Positions 10,153 through 21,921 of a stretch of 64,000 nucleotides of DNA are shown one piece after another. The position numbers were made by a program, and so were the translations under genes. This stretch comes from Danxiaibacter flavus (GTDB lineage Bacteria > Bacteroidota > Bacteroidia > Chitinophagales > Chitinophagaceae), in assembly GCF_041060425.1 (NCBI RefSeq), contig NZ_JAULBC010000004.1:389649-453648 (forward strand). The letters are read 5' to 3'. A model generated the notes under the pieces. It saw nothing but the letters and a program-made list of their open reading frames with translations, searched no databases and was not told where the DNA came from. Position 1 is the stretch's first letter, and each line of letters begins with the position of its first letter.

Positions 10153-12291
10153 TTACGCTAACACCATTAATTTTTCAAGGATCGTTTTTGCGCAAACCGG
10201 AATTCTTGAGCCGGGTCCAAATACTGCTATAACTCCTTTTGAAAACAAATAGTCATAATCCTGTTGCGGAATTACGCCGCCGGCAAACACAATAATATCT
10301 CCGCGGCCAATCTTTTTAAGTTCCTTCACAAGCTGCGGAATCAACGTTTTATGACCGCCTGCAAGTGACGATGCGCCCACAAAGTCAACATCGTTCTCTG
10401 CGGCCTGCCTGGCAACTTCTTCCGGTGTCTGGAATAACGGCCCCATGTCCACATCAAAGCCCATATCTGCAAAAGATGTAGCAACTACTTTGGCACCTCT
10501 GTCATGTCCATCCTGCCCCATTTTAGCGATCATGATCCGGGGACGCCTGCCTATCTCTTCCGCAAACTTGTTGGTAAGTTTCAAAACATCGGCAAATTCT
10601 TTATTACCGGCCGTTTCAGATGAATATACGCCAGCTATTGTGCGAATGGCAGCTTTATGTCTGCCAAATACTTCTTCCATGGCATTTGATATTTCGCCCA
10701 GTGTTGCGCGCGCTCTCGCCGCGTTTACTGCAAGCTCCAGTAAATTTCCATCGCCTGACCTTGCACATTCGGTCAAAGCCGTTAGCGCATTGTTGGCTGC
10801 ATTACAATCACGCTCCGCCTTAAGTGTATTCAATCTGTCAATCTGTTCTTTACGTACCGCTGCATTGTCCACTTCCAATACCTCAATATCCGTCTTCTCA
10901 TCCACCTTATATTTGTTTACTCCAACCAGAACATCCTTGCCGGAATCTATCCGGCCCTGCTTTCTGGCCGCAGCTTCTTCAATACGCATTTTAGGAATGC
11001 CTGTTTCAATAGCTTTCGTCATACCTCCCAAATCTTCTACCTCTTCAATAAGTTTCCACGCTTTTTCAACAAGCTGTTGTGTCAGATACTCCACATAATA
11101 AGATCCTCCCCATGGATCAACCACTTTGCAAATATTGGTTTCGTGTTGCAGATACAATTGTGTATTACGCGCGATACGTGCAGAAAAATCAGTTGGCAGC
11201 GCAATGGCTTCATCCAACGCATTGGTGTGTAGCGACTGTGTATGACCACAAGCCGCAGCCATTGCTTCAATACAAGTACGGGCCACATTGTTATAAGGAT
11301 CCTGTTCGCTAAGACTCCAACCAGAGGTTTGCGAGTGCGTTCTCAGCGCCATTGATTTTGGATTCTTTGGATTGAACTGCTTCACCAGTTTGGCCCATAA
11401 AACTCTTCCGGCGCGCATCTTTGCAATCTCCATAAAATGATTCATGCCTACTGCCCAAAAGAATGACAGCCGTGGCGCAAATTCATCTATCGACAATCCC
11501 GCCTTAATTCCGGTTCTTAAATATTCCAGTCCGTCAGCCAATGTATATGCCAGTTCAATATCAGCAGTAGCTCCAGCTTCCTGCATGTGATAGCCGGATA
11601 TGGAGATAGAATTAAACTTCGGCATGTTCTTGCTTGTAAAACGGAATATATCACTGATGATCTTCATTGAAGGTGCCGGAGGATAGATATATGTGTTGCG
11701 CACCATAAATTCCTTCAATATATCATTCTGGATCGTTCCACTGAGCTTTTCCATTGACACGCCCTGCTCTTCTGCAGCAACAATATAAAATGCCATGATC
11801 GGAATAACAGCTCCATTCATCGTCATGGATACGGACATCTTATCCAACGGAATCTGGTCAAACAAGATCTTCATATCCAAAACAGAATCTATTGCAACAC
11901 CAGCTTTACCCACATCGCCCACAACGCGCGGATGATCTGAATCGTAACCTCTGTGTGTTGCAAGGTCGAACGCAACAGACAAGCCTTTTTGACCTGCAGC
12001 CAGGTTTCTCCGGTAAAATGCATTGGATTCTGTAGCTGTAGAAAATCCAGCGTACTGCCTGATCGTCCATGGCTGCATTACATACATGGTTGAGTATGGA
12101 CCACGCAGATAGGGCGGTATTCCGGCAGCGAAACCAATATGTTCCGCGTGGCACAGATCTGTTTTATTAAATGCCTGCTTCACTGCTATATGTTCAGCAG
12201 TCTGCCACTCTTCTTTCGAATTTTGATCTGCGTGCTTTGTCGATGCATAATGATGTAAATCTACTTTTGAAAAATCTGGCTTCATATACAT
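10153..12291 (-). CDS. mutB: methylmalonyl-CoA mutase large (alpha) subunit with C-terminal B12-binding domain
   Basis: 712 aa. Mutase core plus a C-terminal B12-binding Rossmann domain ([14 protein letters not shown]...). Confidence 0.9.
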   Translation of the reverse strand: MYMKPDFSKVDLHHYASTKHADQNSKEEWQTAEHIAVKQAFNKTDLCHAEHIGFAAGIPPYLRGPYSTMYVMQPWTIRQYAGFSTATESNAFYRRNLAAGQKGLSVAFDLATHRGYDSDHPRVVGDVGKAGVAIDSVLDMKILFDQIPLDKMSVSMTMNGAVIPIMAFYIVAAEEQGVSMEKLSGTIQNDILKEFMVRNTYIYPPAPSMKIISDIFRFTSKNMPKFNSISISGYHMQEAGATADIELAYTLADGLEYLRTGIKAGLSIDEFAPRLSFFWAVGMNHFMEIAKMRAGRVLWAKLVKQFNPKNPKSMALRTHSQTSGWSLSEQDPYNNVARTCIEAMAAACGHTQSLHTNALDEAIALPTDFSARIARNTQLYLQHETNICKVVDPWGGSYYVEYLTQQLVEKAWKLIEEVEDLGGMTKAIETGIPKMRIEEAAARKQGRIDSGKDVLVGVNKYKVDEKTDIEVLEVDNAAVRKEQIDRLNTLKAERDCNAANNALTALTECARSGDGNLLELAVNAARARATLGEISNAMEEVFGRHKAAIRTIAGVYSSETAGNKEFADVLKLTNKFAEEIGRRPRIMIAKMGQDGHDRGAKVVATSFADMGFDVDMGPLFQTPEEVARQAAENDVDFVGASSLAGGHKTLIPQLVKELKKIGRGDIIVFAGGVIPQQDYDYLFSKGVIAVFGPGSRIPVCAKTILEKLMVLA

Positions 12292-12429
12292 TCTGTTTTA
12301 CTGAGAATTACTAATTATCACTTCGATGGCATTTAGCCAAGAGTTGTCAATATCAAATGCCCACAGAATATCACAATAAGACCAATATTCGGGAGACCTC
12401 TCCTGTCGTGCCAATGACAGAGTTTATAA

Positions 12430-12800
12430 CAGTCACAATTTTTCCCGTAGGGAATTAAGCTCAATAGAAATGATCGAATCGAGAACCTCATAGCCCGTTA
12501 GGGCTTTAACCAATTTTAACGGGGTTAATGTCCTACGGACAATAAGGACCTTGTATGTTAGGACTTCTATTAAGCTATAAGCCCTACGGGCTATCGACAC
12601 CGGGTATACTGTCATTATTTTTTTGATTGTGGCAAACCAAATCTCCCAGTCGAGGTGACGATGCGGTTGCTGACTTGCACATTATTATGTACTTGCTATT
12701 AATACTCTTTCAATTACTGTTTCTGGCTGGCCAGGATCATCATGTTGACGAAAGGAGACATCTCCCAAAGTTGACGATGTCTGCTTAATTAAACGACACT
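12430..12800. repeat. cluster of mini-palindromes and direct repeats in the mutA-mutB spacer
   Basis: Four CC-(GTA/TAC)-GG type hairpins at about 12444, 12492, 12530 and 12580. A 26-bp inverted repeat 12444-12469 against 12565-12590. Direct repeats ATCTCCCA..GT(T)GACGATG at 12641 and 12760. Confidence 0.6.
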
Positions 12801-12906
12801 GAATTGCCACTTATAGAATGCCCCTTATGGACACATCTTCATAAATGATTCAATACCTATATGGGCTACAGCAAACTCATTTAAAACAATAATCTGCAAT
12901 AGATTC

Positions 12907-14718
12907 TCACGTAATTCCCAATCTACATTGAAAGGCGCCAAGAACCTCAATGGCATTTGACCGCAGATGAATGAATTCATCAACCCCTGCATTTTTTAAC
13001 TGTTCTACAACCGTTTCCGGATAACCCGCCACAACAAGTAATTTATGTTTAGAGGCACTTCTAAATTTCTTTGCAAACCTTGTCCCTTCTGCAACATAAG
13101 CTTCATCTGAAGAACACATCACTACAATATCAGCTTCGCTTTTTGTGCTTTCTTCAACAGCTTTATCAATGCTGTCAAAGAAGACCTCATCAAGCACTTT
13201 AAACCCAGCCACGCCAAAGAATTCGCCGGCAAAAGTTGACCGTGTTTTTCGCATGGCAAGGTCACCGAAACAAGCCATATAAACTGCCGGAATAGATCCT
13301 GCCTTTTGCCAATGCATTAATGTTCTGTTTTTCAACTCTTCAAACTGATATGCTGCATGCTGCTGCGGCAATGTTAATTTCCCAGGTTTACTACTGTGTC
13401 TGCCGCGCAGGTTTAGCGGCGCTGTCTCCGCCGGATCAGGAAATTTATTGCTGCCTACATATACCCGCTTCCGGGAGCTTATATCTTTTTGCTTTTGATT
13501 TCTTATCTCACAAATTTTCTCTTGAATGATCCCACTATTGTAACAAGCAATAAACCCACCTTTGTCTTCAATTTTCTGCAAAAGATCAAGTGCACTTTCC
13601 GCCAACTGTGTCGTAAGATTTTCGATGTAATAAGAACCTGAAGTTGGATCTGTTACCTTATCGAAATAGGATTCTTCTTTTAACAGATTGGAGATATTTA
13701 ATGCGATCCGCTGACTGAATTTATTGCCGGTCCGGCAATGTTTGTCGTGAGGTTGAACCAACAATGCATCGCAACCGCCGAGTACAGCAGACATTGCCTC
13801 GGATGTATTCCTGAGCAAATTCACATTGGGATCGAGCGCAGATTTCGACCACATTGAATTTGAACTCATAATCCTCATGCAGGATGTATTACCAGCATAC
13901 AACGGCGCTATCCTGGCCAATAACAATTTCAGGGCACGAAGCTTTGCAATCTCAAAAAAGTAATCACCACCAATAGCCATGTGAAAAAGTATTTTATCAA
14001 GCAGTTCTTTTGGCACAAGCCATTTGTCTAACAAAAGATCTATATAGTCAATCAACTTGTTTAAAGTAAAGGCGATCTCCTGTGTGCTATTGCAACCTGC
14101 ATTTGCAAATGCATGCGATTTAATAACAACTGTCTTAAATCCGGGATATTTGAGGGAAAGCCGAACCACCTCCGCAAGCTCACAAATTTCTGCTCTTGTA
14201 TTATCCAACGATGCCCATCCGAGAATATCGGATTCAATAAATCCTTTGAGGGCTGACGCAGCAACTCCTTTTTTCCGTACATAATCGAAGTAAGCCTTTG
14301 TGAATGTAACAGAAGGAACGGGCAACGAAAAAGACACTTCGTTTTCTGCCAGATCAAGATTGTTTAACAACAGATCAAACTCAATATGCTCAGTGTCTTT
14401 CAGACGAAACAAGAAACCATTTGCACCAAATTCCAGCATTTCATGCGCTTCTTCATTCGCCTTTATCATGTCAGTTACGTTAACTTCTACGTACCTCGTC
14501 CATGCGCCGGCTGAAGCTTTACAGAAATCCTGCCGGCTAAGTATTTTTGTTTCATCTAAATCTTCCGGCGTGTAAAAAGGCTGAACGTCAAATCCTTCAT
14601 CTGTTTTCCAGACAAGTTTTTTATTAAAGTCACTACCTTTTAAATCCCCGGTAGCTTTAGCCTTCCATTCTTCTTTTGGTATTTTCGGAAAGTCCGAAAA
14701 TAGTTTATGCAGATTCAT
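12907..14718 (-). CDS. mutA: methylmalonyl-CoA mutase small (beta) subunit
   Basis: 603 aa. The N-terminal region resembles the mutase dimerisation domain and it lies upstream of mutB. Confidence 0.8.
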   Translation of the reverse strand: MNLHKLFSDFPKIPKEEWKAKATGDLKGSDFNKKLVWKTDEGFDVQPFYTPEDLDETKILSRQDFCKASAGAWTRYVEVNVTDMIKANEEAHEMLEFGANGFLFRLKDTEHIEFDLLLNNLDLAENEVSFSLPVPSVTFTKAYFDYVRKKGVAASALKGFIESDILGWASLDNTRAEICELAEVVRLSLKYPGFKTVVIKSHAFANAGCNSTQEIAFTLNKLIDYIDLLLDKWLVPKELLDKILFHMAIGGDYFFEIAKLRALKLLLARIAPLYAGNTSCMRIMSSNSMWSKSALDPNVNLLRNTSEAMSAVLGGCDALLVQPHDKHCRTGNKFSQRIALNISNLLKEESYFDKVTDPTSGSYYIENLTTQLAESALDLLQKIEDKGGFIACYNSGIIQEKICEIRNQKQKDISSRKRVYVGSNKFPDPAETAPLNLRGRHSSKPGKLTLPQQHAAYQFEELKNRTLMHWQKAGSIPAVYMACFGDLAMRKTRSTFAGEFFGVAGFKVLDEVFFDSIDKAVEESTKSEADIVVMCSSDEAYVAEGTRFAKKFRSASKHKLLVVAGYPETVVEQLKNAGVDEFIHLRSNAIEVLGAFQCRLGIT

Positions 14719-14763
14719 ATGCTGATGTGTTTCTCGGTGAAAAATATTTACTCTCGGTTTGGG

Positions 14764-16056
14764 TTAACAGTTGAAAGAAAAGTATCCGCTGCCAAACCTT
14801 TCAAACGCAGCTTTTTCCAATTCTTCACGAACAGAAGGATGAGCTACATTGATAATCGCCTTTGCTCTTTGTGCCAGGTTCTTACCTTTAAGCTCAGCCA
14901 CTCCATATTCTGTAACGATATACTGCGCATGTGCTCTTGTTGTAACTACGCCGGCTCCCGGCTTTAGCATCGGAACAATTTTGGAAACGCCTTTCTGTGT
15001 CATAGAGGACAATGCAGATATCGCCTTGCCACCGCAGGAGAGCGCTGCACCACGCATAAAGTCCATTTGACCACCAACACCTGAATACATTGCAATGCCA
15101 ATGCTATCTGCACAGATCTGGCCGGTTATATCAACTTCCAACGCCGAATTAATTCCAACTACTTTTGGATTTCTTCTGATGACGGATGTATCGTTCACGA
15201 ATGAGATATCCATCATTTGCACGTTGGCATTATCATCCAGAAAATCGTATAACTTTCTTGACCCCATAGCGAAGCCGGAGACGATCTTATTCGGACAAAC
15301 GATTTTTCTCGATCCGTTTACAACACCTTTTTCTATCAACGGCAATAAACCATCTGAGAACATTTCAGTATGAATACCCAGGTCTTTATGATTATCCAAA
15401 TAGGATAATACAGCATTGGGAATACCACCGATTCCCATCTGCAAAGTGGACCCATCTTCTATCATAGCCGCTATATGTTGTCCCATCATGCCTTCTTCCA
15501 TGCTCGGTGTGCTCATAGACATTTCGTGCAATGGAACGTTCACATCAACGCAGGCAGCAAACCGGCTGATATGTATAATGCCGTCTCCAAGTGTTCTTGG
15601 CATTTGCGGGTTTACCTGGGCAATGATCGTTTTTGCAGTTTCCACACCACCGGCAACAATATCGACCGATGTACCCAGGGTACAAAAGCCATGTTTATCA
15701 GGTGGTGATACATGTACCAATACTACATCCAATGGCAATGAACCGTTTCTGAAAAGCACTGGTATGTCACTTAAAAACACAGGCATATACTGCGCACTTC
15801 CTGCCTGAACATATTTTCTGATGTTTGCGCCGATAAAAAAACAATTGGTCTTGAAGCTTTCGCTATATTCAGGTTTTGCGTAATCACAATAGCCATCTGT
15901 ATGTAAATGGAAGATCTGCACATTCCTTAATTCAGACGCTCTTTCTACCATTGCCTTCAGCAATATTTCAGGCGTGGCGCATGCGGCCTGTACAAGCACC
16001 CTGTCATTTGACTTGATTAATTTAACAGCATCTGCTGCGGACATATACTTTGACAT
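14764..16056 (-). CDS. acetyl-CoA hydrolase/transferase-family CoA-transferase, likely propionyl-CoA:succinate CoA-transferase
   Basis: 430 aa with both N- and C-terminal CoA-transferase domain hallmarks (GIGGIP..., PGAGVVTTRAHAQYIVTEYG). Sits inside the methylmalonyl operon. Confidence 0.8.
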   Translation of the reverse strand: MSKYMSAADAVKLIKSNDRVLVQAACATPEILLKAMVERASELRNVQIFHLHTDGYCDYAKPEYSESFKTNCFFIGANIRKYVQAGSAQYMPVFLSDIPVLFRNGSLPLDVVLVHVSPPDKHGFCTLGTSVDIVAGGVETAKTIIAQVNPQMPRTLGDGIIHISRFAACVDVNVPLHEMSMSTPSMEEGMMGQHIAAMIEDGSTLQMGIGGIPNAVLSYLDNHKDLGIHTEMFSDGLLPLIEKGVVNGSRKIVCPNKIVSGFAMGSRKLYDFLDDNANVQMMDISFVNDTSVIRRNPKVVGINSALEVDITGQICADSIGIAMYSGVGGQMDFMRGAALSCGGKAISALSSMTQKGVSKIVPMLKPGAGVVTTRAHAQYIVTEYGVAELKGKNLAQRAKAIINVAHPSVREELEKAAFERFGSGYFSFNC

Positions 16057-16115
16057 AGCATAGATGTTTTAATTAATGAATCTTTACCTATTACTGTTAA
16101 GCGCCGCATTCTTAT

Positions 16116-17393
16116 TTAACCCAAAAAGCTTAATAAAATACCGGCCGCAACAGCGCTGCCTATAACACCGGCAACATTTGGCGCCATTGCGTGCATTAAA
16201 AGGTGATTGTTTTTATCGTACTGCAATCCGACCATTTGCGATACGCGGGCGCTGTCTGGCACTGCAGATACGCCTGCGGAGCCAATTAACGGATTGATCT
16301 TGTTGCCATCTTTCAAAAAGAGATTCATAAACTTCGCAAAGAGAACACCGCCTGCACTGGCAACTACAAAAGAAGCTGCACCCAGGATGAAGATCTTCAT
16401 GGAACCCCAGGTAAGAAATACATCGGCCTGCGTTGAAGCACCAACCGTTAGACCAATTAAAATAGTGACTACATCAATCAGCTTTGTTCTTGCCGTCTCT
16501 GCAAGTCGCTCAGTACGTCCTGATTCTTTAAGGATGTTGCCAAAGAATAACATTCCAAGCAGCGGTAATGCTGATGGAGAAATAAAACAGGTAAGTAATA
16601 AGCCAATAATCGGAAAAAGAATTTTCTGCTGTTTCGATACTGCGCGCGGAGGCTTCATTTTAATCCGTTTCTCTTTTGCAGTTGTTAGCGCTTTCATCAC
16701 AGGCGGCTGAATAATAGGCACCAGCGCCATATATGAGTAAGCAGCTATTGCAATTGGCCCAATGAATGAGGGCGCCAGTTTCGAAGAAAGAAAAATAGCG
16801 GTCGGGCCGTCTGCGCCGCCTATGATACCAATTGCACCGGATTCCTTTAGTGTAAACCCGAGCAAGATAGCACCGGCAAATGTTGCAAACACACCTAATT
16901 GTGCGGCGGCGCCTAATAAGATCAATTTAGGATTGGAGATGAGTGTGGAGAAATCTGTCATTGATCCTATTCCAAGAAAGATGAGCGGCGGATAAATACC
17001 CTTTATTACACCGAAGTACAGGTAGTTGAGTACAGAGCCTTGTTCATATACACCAACCTGGTAACCGGCAACAAATGGAATATTGCCGATAAGAATACCC
17101 ACTCCTATCGGGATCAGCAACAAAGGTTCATAATCATACTTTATGGCAAGCCAGATAAACACGAGTCCCACTATTATCATCACTACATGTCCTATTGTAA
17201 CATTTGCAAAACCGGTGAACTGCAAAAATTTGGTAAGTCCGCTCAATGTTTCCCTAAGCAACCCTTCATGACTATTTACCGATTCGGGCGTAGTACCAAT
17301 CACCTGGGCCATACAGTATCCGCCAACAACAAACAACAAAAGGATTATTGCAAAGTATTTAAAGATTGATTTCATAATTTGATAGTTATACAA
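16116..17393 (-). CDS. Na+-translocating decarboxylase beta subunit (OadB/MmdB family)
   Basis: Polytopic membrane protein of 425 aa. Conserved blocks of the OadB family. 8-bp overlap with the upstream biotin-carrier gene. Confidence 0.85.
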   Translation of the reverse strand: MYNYQIMKSIFKYFAIILLLFVVGGYCMAQVIGTTPESVNSHEGLLRETLSGLTKFLQFTGFANVTIGHVVMIIVGLVFIWLAIKYDYEPLLLIPIGVGILIGNIPFVAGYQVGVYEQGSVLNYLYFGVIKGIYPPLIFLGIGSMTDFSTLISNPKLILLGAAAQLGVFATFAGAILLGFTLKESGAIGIIGGADGPTAIFLSSKLAPSFIGPIAIAAYSYMALVPIIQPPVMKALTTAKEKRIKMKPPRAVSKQQKILFPIIGLLLTCFISPSALPLLGMLFFGNILKESGRTERLAETARTKLIDVVTILIGLTVGASTQADVFLTWGSMKIFILGAASFVVASAGGVLFAKFMNLFLKDGNKINPLIGSAGVSAVPDSARVSQMVGLQYDKNNHLLMHAMAPNVAGVIGSAVAAGILLSFLG

Positions 17394-17805
17394 TTTCCAA
17401 CAACAAGTCGCCCTGCAATACGCTTGCGCCCTGTGTAACTTTAATAGAATGAACTGTACCTGATGATTCAGCCAGGATACTATTTTCCATTTTCATTGCC
17501 TCAAGAATCATTAGCGTGTCTCCACTTTTTACGGTATCACCCTCTTTCACTTTTATAGCGTGAATAAGCCCGGGAAGTGGTGACAATACTTTTTTTACAG
17601 AACTTCCGGCGCTTAGCGGCTCGATCTTTTGTGAGGGCCTGGGTTCGTAGCGAACAAGGGTCGGCGTTTTTGTTGTCTTGACCTCCGTTTCCATTTCCAC
17701 CTGGAACGGAGATCCATTTACTTCTAATTGAATTGTGCTACCTGAGGCTTCCTTTATATCTACCTCATAGCTATTGCCGTTTATTTTAAGCTTGTATTTT
17801 TTCAT
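17386..17805 (-). CDS. biotin carboxyl-carrier subunit (MmdC/OadA-biotinyl domain)
   Basis: C-terminal EAMKM biotinylation motif (LMILEAMKMENSI). Confidence 0.8.
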   Translation of the reverse strand: MKKYKLKINGNSYEVDIKEASGSTIQLEVNGSPFQVEMETEVKTTKTPTLVRYEPRPSQKIEPLSAGSSVKKVLSPLPGLIHAIKVKEGDTVKSGDTLMILEAMKMENSILAESSGTVHSIKVTQGASVLQGDLLLEIV

Positions 17806-17897
17806 GATACCATTGCGTTTGTTTTCAATGAACAGACCTCAAAATTTATGGCGACAGAAGAACCCTGATCTTTTCTTACTGTCACTTAAATGCTTAT

Positions 17898-18239
17898 TTA
17901 TCTCCTGATAAAATTGTGGCTGCCATAAATTTTGGAACTCCAGGGTGAATAGTTTTTAACTGATTGATTGATTGTGAGAATAGCATTTTCTTCATCGTGC
18001 ATTTCATCTAAAAACATATGGACCGCTGCAGATATGGCTGTTATTTCCTCTGCACTGTTATATTGTTGCTTAATACCAGCGCTTGTATTGTCGTTAGAGG
18101 CCGTTGTCCTGCTTATTTTTATTGAAAGGATCGCTGGCAGAATATTTTGAAACACCTGCTGCAGAACAATAAGTGCAAGGAACACAATGCCCATACCGAT
18201 GATCAGAATGATAATACCTTCTTGAATGTCGTTATTCAT
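17898..18239 (-). CDS. OadG-family small membrane subunit of the Na+-pumping decarboxylase
   Basis: 113 aa with a single N-terminal TM helix (IIILIIGMGIVFLALIVL). Position between MmdA and the biotin carrier. Confidence 0.65.
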   Translation of the reverse strand: MNNDIQEGIIILIIGMGIVFLALIVLQQVFQNILPAILSIKISRTTASNDNTSAGIKQQYNSAEEITAISAAVHMFLDEMHDEENAILTINQSVKNYSPWSSKIYGSHNFIRR

Positions 18240-18249
18240 TATACAATTG

Positions 18250-19812
18250 TTATAGGGGAAGATTACAATGTTTCTTTGGGGGATTTAATTGCTTTTTGTT
18301 GGCCAGGGCTTCGAGTGAACGGATTATCCTGAACCGGGTATTGCGTGGTTCAATAATGTCGTCGATAAATCCATACTTTGCAGCCTGGTAAGGGTTAGCA
18401 AATTTTTCCAGGTATTCTGTTTCTTTTTCCTGCAGATACTTTACGCGCTCCTCCTCGTTGGTAATCTTGGAAATGTTCCGGCTTTCCAATACTTCTATAG
18501 CGCCGCGTGCGCCCATAACAGCAATTTCTGCAGAAGGCCACGCGTAATTAACATCGCCGCGCAACTGTTTACAGCTCATTACATCATGCGCGCCACCATA
18601 AGACTTCCTTAGTGTGATCGTAATCTTAGGAACCGTTGCTTCTCCGAAAGCATACAATAATTTGGCGCCATGGATGATAATGCCGCCGTATTCCTGGGCA
18701 CTGCCGGGAAGGAAGCCAGGCACATCTACAAACGTTACTATAGGAATATTAAATGCATCGCAGAACCGGACGAAGCGCGCCGCCTTTCGTGAAGCATTTA
18801 TGTCTAACACACCTGCAAGAAACATCGGCTGATTGGCAACGACGCCAACGGGCCTGCCGTTGTATCTTGCAAAACCGATAACGATATTCTTGGCATAACT
18901 GGCCTGCACCTCAAGGAAGTCGGCACTATCCACGGTGTACCGGATGACATCCTTTACATCATAAGGTTTGTTAGGACTGTCCGGAATTATTTCGTTTAGT
19001 TTGTCTTCGAGTCTGTCAATCGGATCATCATTACGTATGATGGGAGGTTCTTCAAGGTTGTTTTGTGGAAGATAGTCAATCAGTTTGCGGATAAGCAAGA
19101 TACCTTCTTCTTCTGAGTCGGTAAGAAAATGCGATACACCTGATTTGGATGCATGAACTTCCGGACCACCAAGATCCTCCGTTGAAATTACTTCCCCCGT
19201 AACTGTTTGTACTACTTTCGGACCTGTAACAAACATGTAAGAGTTCTTCTGTGTCATCAAAATAAAATCAGTAAGTGCAGGAGAATAAACCGCACCACCT
19301 GCGCATGGTCCGAAAATGGCACTGATCTGTGGAACAACTCCGGAAGCCATAATATTACGCTGAAATATTTCTGCATAGCCGGCTAATGACCTAACGCCTT
19401 CCTGTATCCTTGCACCACCTGAGTCGTTGAGGCCGATCACAGGTGCGCCCACTTTAGTTGCTTCATCAATGATCTTACAGATCTTTTGCGCAAAGGTTTC
19501 CGAAAGCGAGCCGCCAAATACAGTAAAATCCTGCGAAAACACATATATCATTCGACCGTCAATAGTTCCACGGCCCGTTACCACACCATCCGAGTAATAC
19601 TTTTCATTTTCCAGGCCGAAGGATTTGGTACGGTGTGTAACAAACATGTCATATTCTTCAAAACTACCTTCATCCAAAAGCAGTTCTATACGTTCACGGG
19701 CTGTAAGTTTCCCTTTTTGATGCTGCGCTTCTATGCGCTTGATCCCACCGCCAAGCCGGGCCTCCTGGCGCTTCGCAATGAGTTCTTTAATCTTATCGAC
19801 ATTTGATGCCAT
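18250..19812 (-). CDS. methylmalonyl-CoA carboxyltransferase (MmdA, acyl-CoA carboxylase beta family)
   Basis: 520 aa with the carboxyltransferase N and C domains ([17 protein letters not shown]-like). Confidence 0.9.
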   Translation of the reverse strand: MASNVDKIKELIAKRQEARLGGGIKRIEAQHQKGKLTARERIELLLDEGSFEEYDMFVTHRTKSFGLENEKYYSDGVVTGRGTIDGRMIYVFSQDFTVFGGSLSETFAQKICKIIDEATKVGAPVIGLNDSGGARIQEGVRSLAGYAEIFQRNIMASGVVPQISAIFGPCAGGAVYSPALTDFILMTQKNSYMFVTGPKVVQTVTGEVISTEDLGGPEVHASKSGVSHFLTDSEEEGILLIRKLIDYLPQNNLEEPPIIRNDDPIDRLEDKLNEIIPDSPNKPYDVKDVIRYTVDSADFLEVQASYAKNIVIGFARYNGRPVGVVANQPMFLAGVLDINASRKAARFVRFCDAFNIPIVTFVDVPGFLPGSAQEYGGIIIHGAKLLYAFGEATVPKITITLRKSYGGAHDVMSCKQLRGDVNYAWPSAEIAVMGARGAIEVLESRNISKITNEEERVKYLQEKETEYLEKFANPYQAAKYGFIDDIIEPRNTRFRIIRSLEALANKKQLNPPKKHCNLPL

Positions 19813-19951
19813 AATCTATCGGGGTTTTAGTGACTATTGTTTGACTTAACAACGTTTCATGATCCTTGTAAGCCTGACCGAAATGTGTGTGTGTGTGAAG
19901 AAATGCGGGCAAGGAAATAAAACGTCATTTTGAAATGTTATTGCTCACTTG

Positions 19952-20365
19952 TCAATGCTGACGCTTGTTTTCGCAGAGCTCTGTTAATACGCCCATTGTG
20001 GACCTGGGGTGAAGAAAGGCAATATCCAGTCCTTCTGCTCCTTTACGAGGCTTGGTGTCAATTAGCTGAACGCCCTTCGAAGAAGCATCGGAAAGTTGAC
20101 CTTCAATATTTTTAACCGCAAAAGCAATGTGATGAATACCTTCTCCTTTCTTTTCAATGAATTTGCTGATTGGCCCATCCGGAGCAGTACTTTCCAGCAG
20201 CTCTATTTTAGTTTGGCCTATTCTGAAAAATGCGGTTTTAACTTTTTGATCTGTTACTTCTTCTATCGAATAACAGGTGAGACCAAGCACGTCTTCATAA
20301 TACCTGATTGCAGCGCAAAGATCCTGTACCGCTATGCCTATGTGTTCAATATATCGTAACTCCAT
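19952..20365 (-). CDS. mce: methylmalonyl-CoA epimerase (VOC family)
   Basis: 137 aa: HIGIAVQDL...GEGIHHIAFAV. Confidence 0.85.
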   Translation of the reverse strand: MELRYIEHIGIAVQDLCAAIRYYEDVLGLTCYSIEEVTDQKVKTAFFRIGQTKIELLESTAPDGPISKFIEKKGEGIHHIAFAVKNIEGQLSDASSKGVQLIDTKPRKGAEGLDIAFLHPRSTMGVLTELCENKRQH

Positions 20366-20640
20366 CCTATAGTTTTTTAAGTTAGGAATATGATTATAGT
20401 GGAATGCCGTCTATTGTTTTTCCCGGACAGGGTACCTGGATTGATCTTTTCCGGCCAGGGCTCTTTTTTAACCTTTGTGCGGTTAAAAATTCATCTGATT
20501 AATGCAACACATGGAATTTGTTTAAGTACACGTCCGAAAGCTTTATTAAGAAGTGTGTAAAAGTATAGCCACTTGCTTGCGCAAACGCTGACTCTTATCA
20601 CATTTGCAAATAACTTTTATCAATTTCAGTTCGTGAATTG

Positions 20641-21921
20641 TCAGGCAAGAAATATAAAGTCCAGATACCATACTGCTACTGCGGCGAAAAAGCCTGACAA
20701 TGCCGGTAAAAAAGCAATTCTAAAATATCTGCCAAATGTTAACTCTTTTACCATGCCCATAGCTACAACCCCGGCAGCCGAACCCACTACCAGCAGAGAT
20801 CCTCCGGTTCCTACTGTGAGTGCAAGTAATATCCATATATTGCTATCGGTAGTCTGAGCCATTTTTATAGCAATATCCGTTAGTGGCACATTATCCAATA
20901 CAGAGGATATAATACCAAGCGCAACATTCCCAATGATCAACGCATTTTCATTTGGCTCATAGCCATAAATAAGATGAGCAAGTTTCTCCAAAAGCCCTCC
21001 CGCATGCAAAGCAGCAACAGCAATAAGAATACCTACAAAAAATTTAAGAGAAGCTATATCCGTTTTTCTAATCAGGTCCTCAATAGAAGCTGACAGGTGT
21101 GTGGCAGTACTACTAAAACGTTTCATCAGATCAATAGTGATCCATACAATACCTAACCCCAACAGCAAGCCGAAATATGGAGCAAGTCCGATAAGGTTAG
21201 CAAAAAGCGGCAGCAGGAACGACATAAATACGACTGTGACAACCGTCTTTTCCGACCTGTCTAATTGTGTTATAATTTCTTCTTCATCATCATCTTTAGG
21301 CACAGGTTTTAACTGTCTCACAAGTAGCGCTATCGCAACTGCACCCAGCACTACAGAAGGCAGGATTCCTTTTACAATAATTTCACCTGTTCCGAATTTT
21401 TTGGCAAACCATAACATAATGGTTGTAATATCACCAATAGGAGAAAAAGCTCCCCCTGCATTAGCGACAATCACAATGCCCGCGGCTACAACCAGCAAAT
21501 TTTTTCCCTTGAAAAACTTTCTCGAGATCTGTATCATGATGACTGTAGTGGTAAGATTATCAATAACCGCAGACAGAAAAAACGCAATAACGGCAACTAA
21601 AACAAACTGCTTTCGATCTGTAAAGTTTAAAGAATACAGCTTACCCCTGACCAGATCAAAAAAACGATAATGGACAAGTATCTCTACAAGGCTTAATGCA
21701 CAAAGAAGAAATATAATTATGCCAAATACGCCTGCTCCCGTTTCAGTTAAATGGTGTGCGATATCTTCCGAACCCAGTTGAGTGGCAATAAGAATCCAAA
21801 GTAATGCACCGGTAACCATTGCCGTGGCGGATTTGTTAATTCGTATCGTGTGTTCCAGAACAATCATTGCAAAACCGGTAATAAAGATCGCTGCGGCAAG
21901 AATTGAAATAACAGGGTTCAT
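20641..21921 (-). CDS. NhaD/ArsB-superfamily Na+/H+ antiporter
   Basis: 426 aa with 11-12 predicted TM helices in the ArsB/NhaD repeat architecture. Confidence 0.7.
   Translation of the reverse strand: MNPVISILAAAIFITGFAMIVLEHTIRINKSATAMVTGALLWILIATQLGSEDIAHHLTETGAGVFGIIIFLLCALSLVEILVHYRFFDLVRGKLYSLNFTDRKQFVLVAVIAFFLSAVIDNLTTTVIMIQISRKFFKGKNLLVVAAGIVIVANAGGAFSPIGDITTIMLWFAKKFGTGEIIVKGILPSVVLGAVAIALLVRQLKPVPKDDDEEEIITQLDRSEKTVVTVVFMSFLLPLFANLIGLAPYFGLLLGLGIVWITIDLMKRFSSTATHLSASIEDLIRKTDIASLKFFVGILIAVAALHAGGLLEKLAHLIYGYEPNENALIIGNVALGIISSVLDNVPLTDIAIKMAQTTDSNIWILLALTVGTGGSLLVVGSAAGVVAMGMVKELTFGRYFRIAFLPALSGFFAAVAVWYLDFIFLA

Noticed and set aside
10445-11098. 217-aa plus-strand ORF inside mutB
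   Set aside because: It is antisense to a strongly conserved mutase coding region. It is Ser/Ala/Leu-rich, as typical for GC-skewed antisense frames.
12292-12906. Cobalamin riboswitch between mutA and mutB
   Set aside because: It is attractive because the mutase is B12-dependent, but I could not find a B12-box-like conserved core. The region is dominated by short palindromic repeats instead. This was left as a check in the corresponding finding.
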